28,279 nucleotides of DNA from a virus. Taxonomy: Duplodnaviria > Caudoviricetes. Of the stretch, positions 25,505 through 28,279 are shown in pieces. Made by a program: the position numbers and the translations under genes. Where the stretch lies: positions 1 to 28,279 of IMG/VR virus record IMGVR_UViG_3300023173_000081. One strand, given 5' to 3'. The notes under the pieces were generated by a model. That model had not been told where the DNA came from and made no database searches. It saw nothing but the letters and a program-made list of their open reading frames with translations. Position 1 is the stretch's first letter; the number at the start of each line of letters is the position of its first letter.

Positions 25505-26170
25505 AATCTCTCCTGTGTTGTTATAGCTATTATTAATCTTCTTGTAAGGTCAGTTTTTACCAAGACAAGAACTATAAGCGTCATAAAAATGACCATCTGC
25601 TCATTTTCGAGCTGAAAACAGTTAATATTTTTTAAAAAATTTATGCAACATCGAAAAATTCAAATCCCATTAGTCTCAGATTTTCTTTGTTCTACCGAGA
25701 CAAAATATACACTTTGTTACACTACAACAAAGCACGCAACATATTGTTTTTATTAGAATTATTTTCAAATCCAAACCGTATCAAAAATTAATTGTCTATA
25801 TAGGCAAAAAAAGTGACTTATAAGTCACACATATCTTTTTTGTAAAGTTTTGTAAGTAAATCGCAGTTACATTCTGTTACATCGAATTTATGTCCGAAAA
25901 TAACCGAAATCCTCTTAATCTCGTCACATTGTCGTCGCTAACAATTCGAAGATTACACAGTTTTCAGGAAAGATTTCAAAAGAAAGAGTGGCATCAAGGC
26001 AGTCGACACTAGGTAAAAATCGATCACGCTTAACAATAAATAGATTAATTTTTGATCTAAACAGGGAGTTTTTAGTGAAAATAAGTGGTCACAAATTTTA
26101 GGCGCATCTCTATTTAAATCCTCAACGGTAAAATGGAATCTGTCAGGTAACTTTCTTGACGTTTGATTGA

Positions 26171-26192
26171 ATTTGAGAGCTAGATCACAAAA
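26171..26192. promoter_or_regulatory. CRP-like binding site
   Basis: attTGAGAgctagaTCACAaaa versus consensus aaaTGTGAtctagaTCACAttt. Confidence 0.5.
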
Positions 26193-26270
26193 ACAAATTT
26201 TGGGCGCTGAAAGCGTTCAGATCGTGAAGCATCGGCCAAAACCAATACTTTATCATTAGTCACTATCTGT

Positions 26271-26291
26271 AAGCCCCGCGTAGCGGGGCTT
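26271..26291 (-). terminator. GC-rich hairpin after the hydrolase gene (terminator-like, weak U-tract)
   Basis: AAGCCCCGC-gta-GCGGGGCTT, 10 bp after the stop. Confidence 0.55.
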
Positions 26292-26301
26292 GCTGTGAAG
26301 G

Positions 26302-27258
26302 TCAAACAATAGATTTTTTATTAATTAGCCCCACCAGGCGATCAATAACAAGACCACTCAGGAAGTAAGTATGGCCCGTCGGCTTGTCCGCTGCGGTATT
26401 GAAAGAGTCGCAATCCATCTGCTGAATGTTGTCGGGTGCTTTCGACAGATTCTCTACCCCTGTATGTCCAAGGCGACGAGATGCGATGCGATTTTTAAGG
26501 TTTACGACTTTTGAGCCACGCAAAGCCAGATCATCACTAGCGAACAAAACTAAAACCTTCTTTGCCGCACGAGAGATTACTGAGCCACGATTTCCACGAT
26601 GCAATGTTTCGTTAACCACATCAGCAGCAGCCATTGTGATCGAGCGGAACATCAATGGCATATCACCAAGCTCCTTCTCAACATAACAAAGAGACTCACG
26701 CAGAACGCGATTACCCATTGAGTGAGCGATCACTGACATTCGAATGTCACACAGGTCGTCCTGCTTCTGTTGCCACTGAAACATTTTCAGAATTGCGCGA
26801 CCAAACGAAGCGCCGGAAGCATCTGCTGACTTCTGATCGTCCCAGTAATCTTTAACTGCGCCAAAGTCATTGTCCGTTGGCCAGATGACCGGGACTACAA
26901 GTGTTTTACCGTGTCCTTGCTTTGTGGATTCAGTATCAATTTTTTTCTGTAGCTTCTGGCTACGGATGATCACGTCAATTGGAGTGTTGCTGTATCCATG
27001 AATGTAAAACAGCACGTTCTGAACGTCTGCCGCTCTCATAGAAGCAAAGAACTTCTCCGATCCACACTCACGAATAATTCCTCCGTAAGCCACGCTTTTT
27101 GAGTTCAACTTACCCAGATCTACTGATGTCGCATCGACAGTCTCACAGAAGTAAACTTCACCGTCAGGCATGTTTGCTTCTGGATTGAACGTCTTTACGT
27201 CCTCTAATTCATCGGCTTTAGCTTCGCTAGTTTTTCGATTTGTGATTATGTAGGCCAT
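26302..27258 (-). CDS. Alpha/beta hydrolase, DUF900-like esterase/lipase (start revised to MAYII)
   Basis: YIHGY oxyanion motif, nucleophile elbow IAHSMG, DDLAL, C-terminal GHTY; SD GGAGG. Confidence 0.85.
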   Translation of the reverse strand: MAYIITNRKTSEAKADELEDVKTFNPEANMPDGEVYFCETVDATSVDLGKLNSKSVAYGGIIRECGSEKFFASMRAADVQNVLFYIHGYSNTPIDVIIRSQKLQKKIDTESTKQGHGKTLVVPVIWPTDNDFGAVKDYWDDQKSADASGASFGRAILKMFQWQQKQDDLCDIRMSVIAHSMGNRVLRESLCYVEKELGDMPLMFRSITMAAADVVNETLHRGNRGSVISRAAKKVLVLFASDDLALRGSKVVNLKNRIASRRLGHTGVENLSKAPDNIQQMDCDSFNTAADKPTGHTYFLSGLVIDRLVGLINKKSIV

Positions 27259-27275
27259 AAAACCCTCCATCAAAG

Positions 27276-27293
27276 TAAGTCAGGACTGACTTA
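27276..27293. promoter_or_regulatory. Operator palindrome upstream of the hydrolase gene
   Basis: TAAGT caggactg ACTTA (8-bp arms). Confidence 0.7.
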
Positions 27294-27298
27294 TTAAA

Positions 27299-27727
27299 TT
27301 AATGAAAATTTAGATCCATTTCAAGCTGTATTTCAGGTTTTTCTTCTGGATCTGGCCAAAGTGCTTCAGCCATAAGCTCGGCACAACGCCCAACCAAATA
27401 CGCTTTGGCCTCTGTGTTCTCGATAGTTAAAGGAACGCCCTTCTCGTCCAAAACCATGTCTGCAAAATGACTCGCCTCATGCGCAATGGTATTGATAGAG
27501 TCATTCTCTATCAGAGCCGCATAATAAGGGCGCCCCTCAACATTGAATTGGAAAATCTGGCCATTACTGCCCTCGTGATACTCAGCCTCAAACCATTGTG
27601 CGGTTTCTTCCCCAAATAACCCTTTCATAGTGGTGTGCATATCTTCGTAATCGCTGAAGACAACTATTTGAGCCTCATAAGGGTCAAGACTGACAACAGA
27701 AAATACCTGGTTTCGTTCTAACAACAT
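27299..27727 (-). CDS. Small HExxH (zincin-like) protein (142 aa; start revised to MLLER)
   Basis: TIAHEASH followed by EAKAY; SD GGAGG. Confidence 0.7.
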   Translation of the reverse strand: MLLERNQVFSVVSLDPYEAQIVVFSDYEDMHTTMKGLFGEETAQWFEAEYHEGSNGQIFQFNVEGRPYYAALIENDSINTIAHEASHFADMVLDEKGVPLTIENTEAKAYLVGRCAELMAEALWPDPEEKPEIQLEMDLNFH

Positions 27728-27729
27728 TT

Positions 27730-27984
27730 CTACCCTCCCAATACAGCCATGTATGAAAACCCTGCAATTGAGGTTACTTTGATCAATCCACTGAAAAAGC
27801 AGTAAACAAAGAGCCACTCTTTCACTTGCTTGAAAAACTCGCTTTGGTCGTTATCGATAAATACCGCTAGGCCAAAAGAGAAGATGAATGTGTTGATCAA
27901 TACACCAAAGATCATCATCGGTGATTCACTGTTAATCAGCACATCCATCAATATTGCGAGAATTACTGTTACCCAATACATCAC
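27730..27984 (-). CDS. Small membrane protein (about 3 hydrophobic segments)
   Basis: 84-aa hydrophobic ORF coupled to the ligase stop. Confidence 0.7.
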   Translation of the reverse strand: MMYWVTVILAILMDVLINSESPMMIFGVLINTFIFSFGLAVFIDNDQSEFFKQVKEWLFVYCFFSGLIKVTSIAGFSYMAVLGG

Positions 27985-28279
27985 TAAACTCCCACACCGT
28001 CTTCTACGGGCTTATCATCGCGGAAACGAATAAAGCGGGGATGTCGAAGGGACTTATCAGGGGTAACTTCGTGATACTCGACCTCGACTAAGCGACCAAT
28101 ATGAGAGTCTTTATCTAACCAGATGGATTCGCGTAACTCGTCCGTTAATCCTGATCCGACATTTACAGTCACACCTTCGAAGTTAACAACCAGAGCACCA
28201 AGCTGTCCTTCAAACTTACCAGTGCCCTCTTGTAATCCGGTGATCTCCACATCGACTGTGTTTCGATCTTTGATTTTTA
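27984..28279 (-). CDS. ATP-dependent DNA ligase, C-terminal OB domain (5' part outside the window)
   Basis: Frame open to the window edge: KIKDRNTVD (motif V), GTGKFEGQLGAL, VGSGLTD, SLRHPRFIRFRDDK (motif VI). Confidence 0.9.
   Translation of the reverse strand, partial: KIKDRNTVDVEITGLQEGTGKFEGQLGALVVNFEGVTVNVGSGLTDELRESIWLDKDSHIGRLVEVEYHEVTPDKSLRHPRFIRFRDDKPVEDGVGV

Noticed and set aside
25505-26270. Definitive replication origin call
   Set aside because: No clear DnaA boxes, long iterons or adjacent Rep gene recognised; kept only as a hypothesis
492-28033. Numerous short + strand and nested ORFs overlapping the major genes (e.g. 1424..1696, 1739..2020, 10051..10386, 12129..12419, 13434..13739, 21159..21449, 24007..24294)
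   Set aside because: Antisense or alternate-frame shadows of well-supported genes, with no recognisable motifs

Overview
A 28-kb, almost entirely minus-strand early/replication-recombination block of a large temperate phage-plasmid. The gene content resembles the SSU5/pHCM2-type elements of Gammaproteobacteria, but this is inferred and no host can be assigned. It encodes SbcC/SbcD (Rad50/Mre11-like), RecA, a 5'-3' flap exonuclease, a T4 gp32-like SSB, a UvsY-like protein, a DNA polymerase III alpha split into two genes, a CobS/CobT-like AAA+/vWA pair, an XRE repressor, a tyrosine integrase beside an attP-like site carrying the 3' part of tRNA-Arg(CCU), a ParA/RHH partition pair, an alpha/beta hydrolase and the 3' end of an ATP-dependent DNA ligase. 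Four features stand out. (1) A ~410-nt, densely base-paired ncRNA candidate on the + strand (3830-4240), antisense to its neighbours. (2) A dnaE split whose junction carries what looks like a non-catalytic half-Hint (intein-like) clasp, with a degenerate UDG-family domain on the C-terminal half. (3) An 18-bp palindromic operator, TAAGT-N8-ACTTA, in 7 perfect and 4 or more near-perfect copies, all at gene boundaries, defining a probable repressor regulon. (4) An attP with arm repeats on both sides, implying the element is in its free form here but can integrate. All protein calls come from motifs read by eye; no database search or folding program was run.
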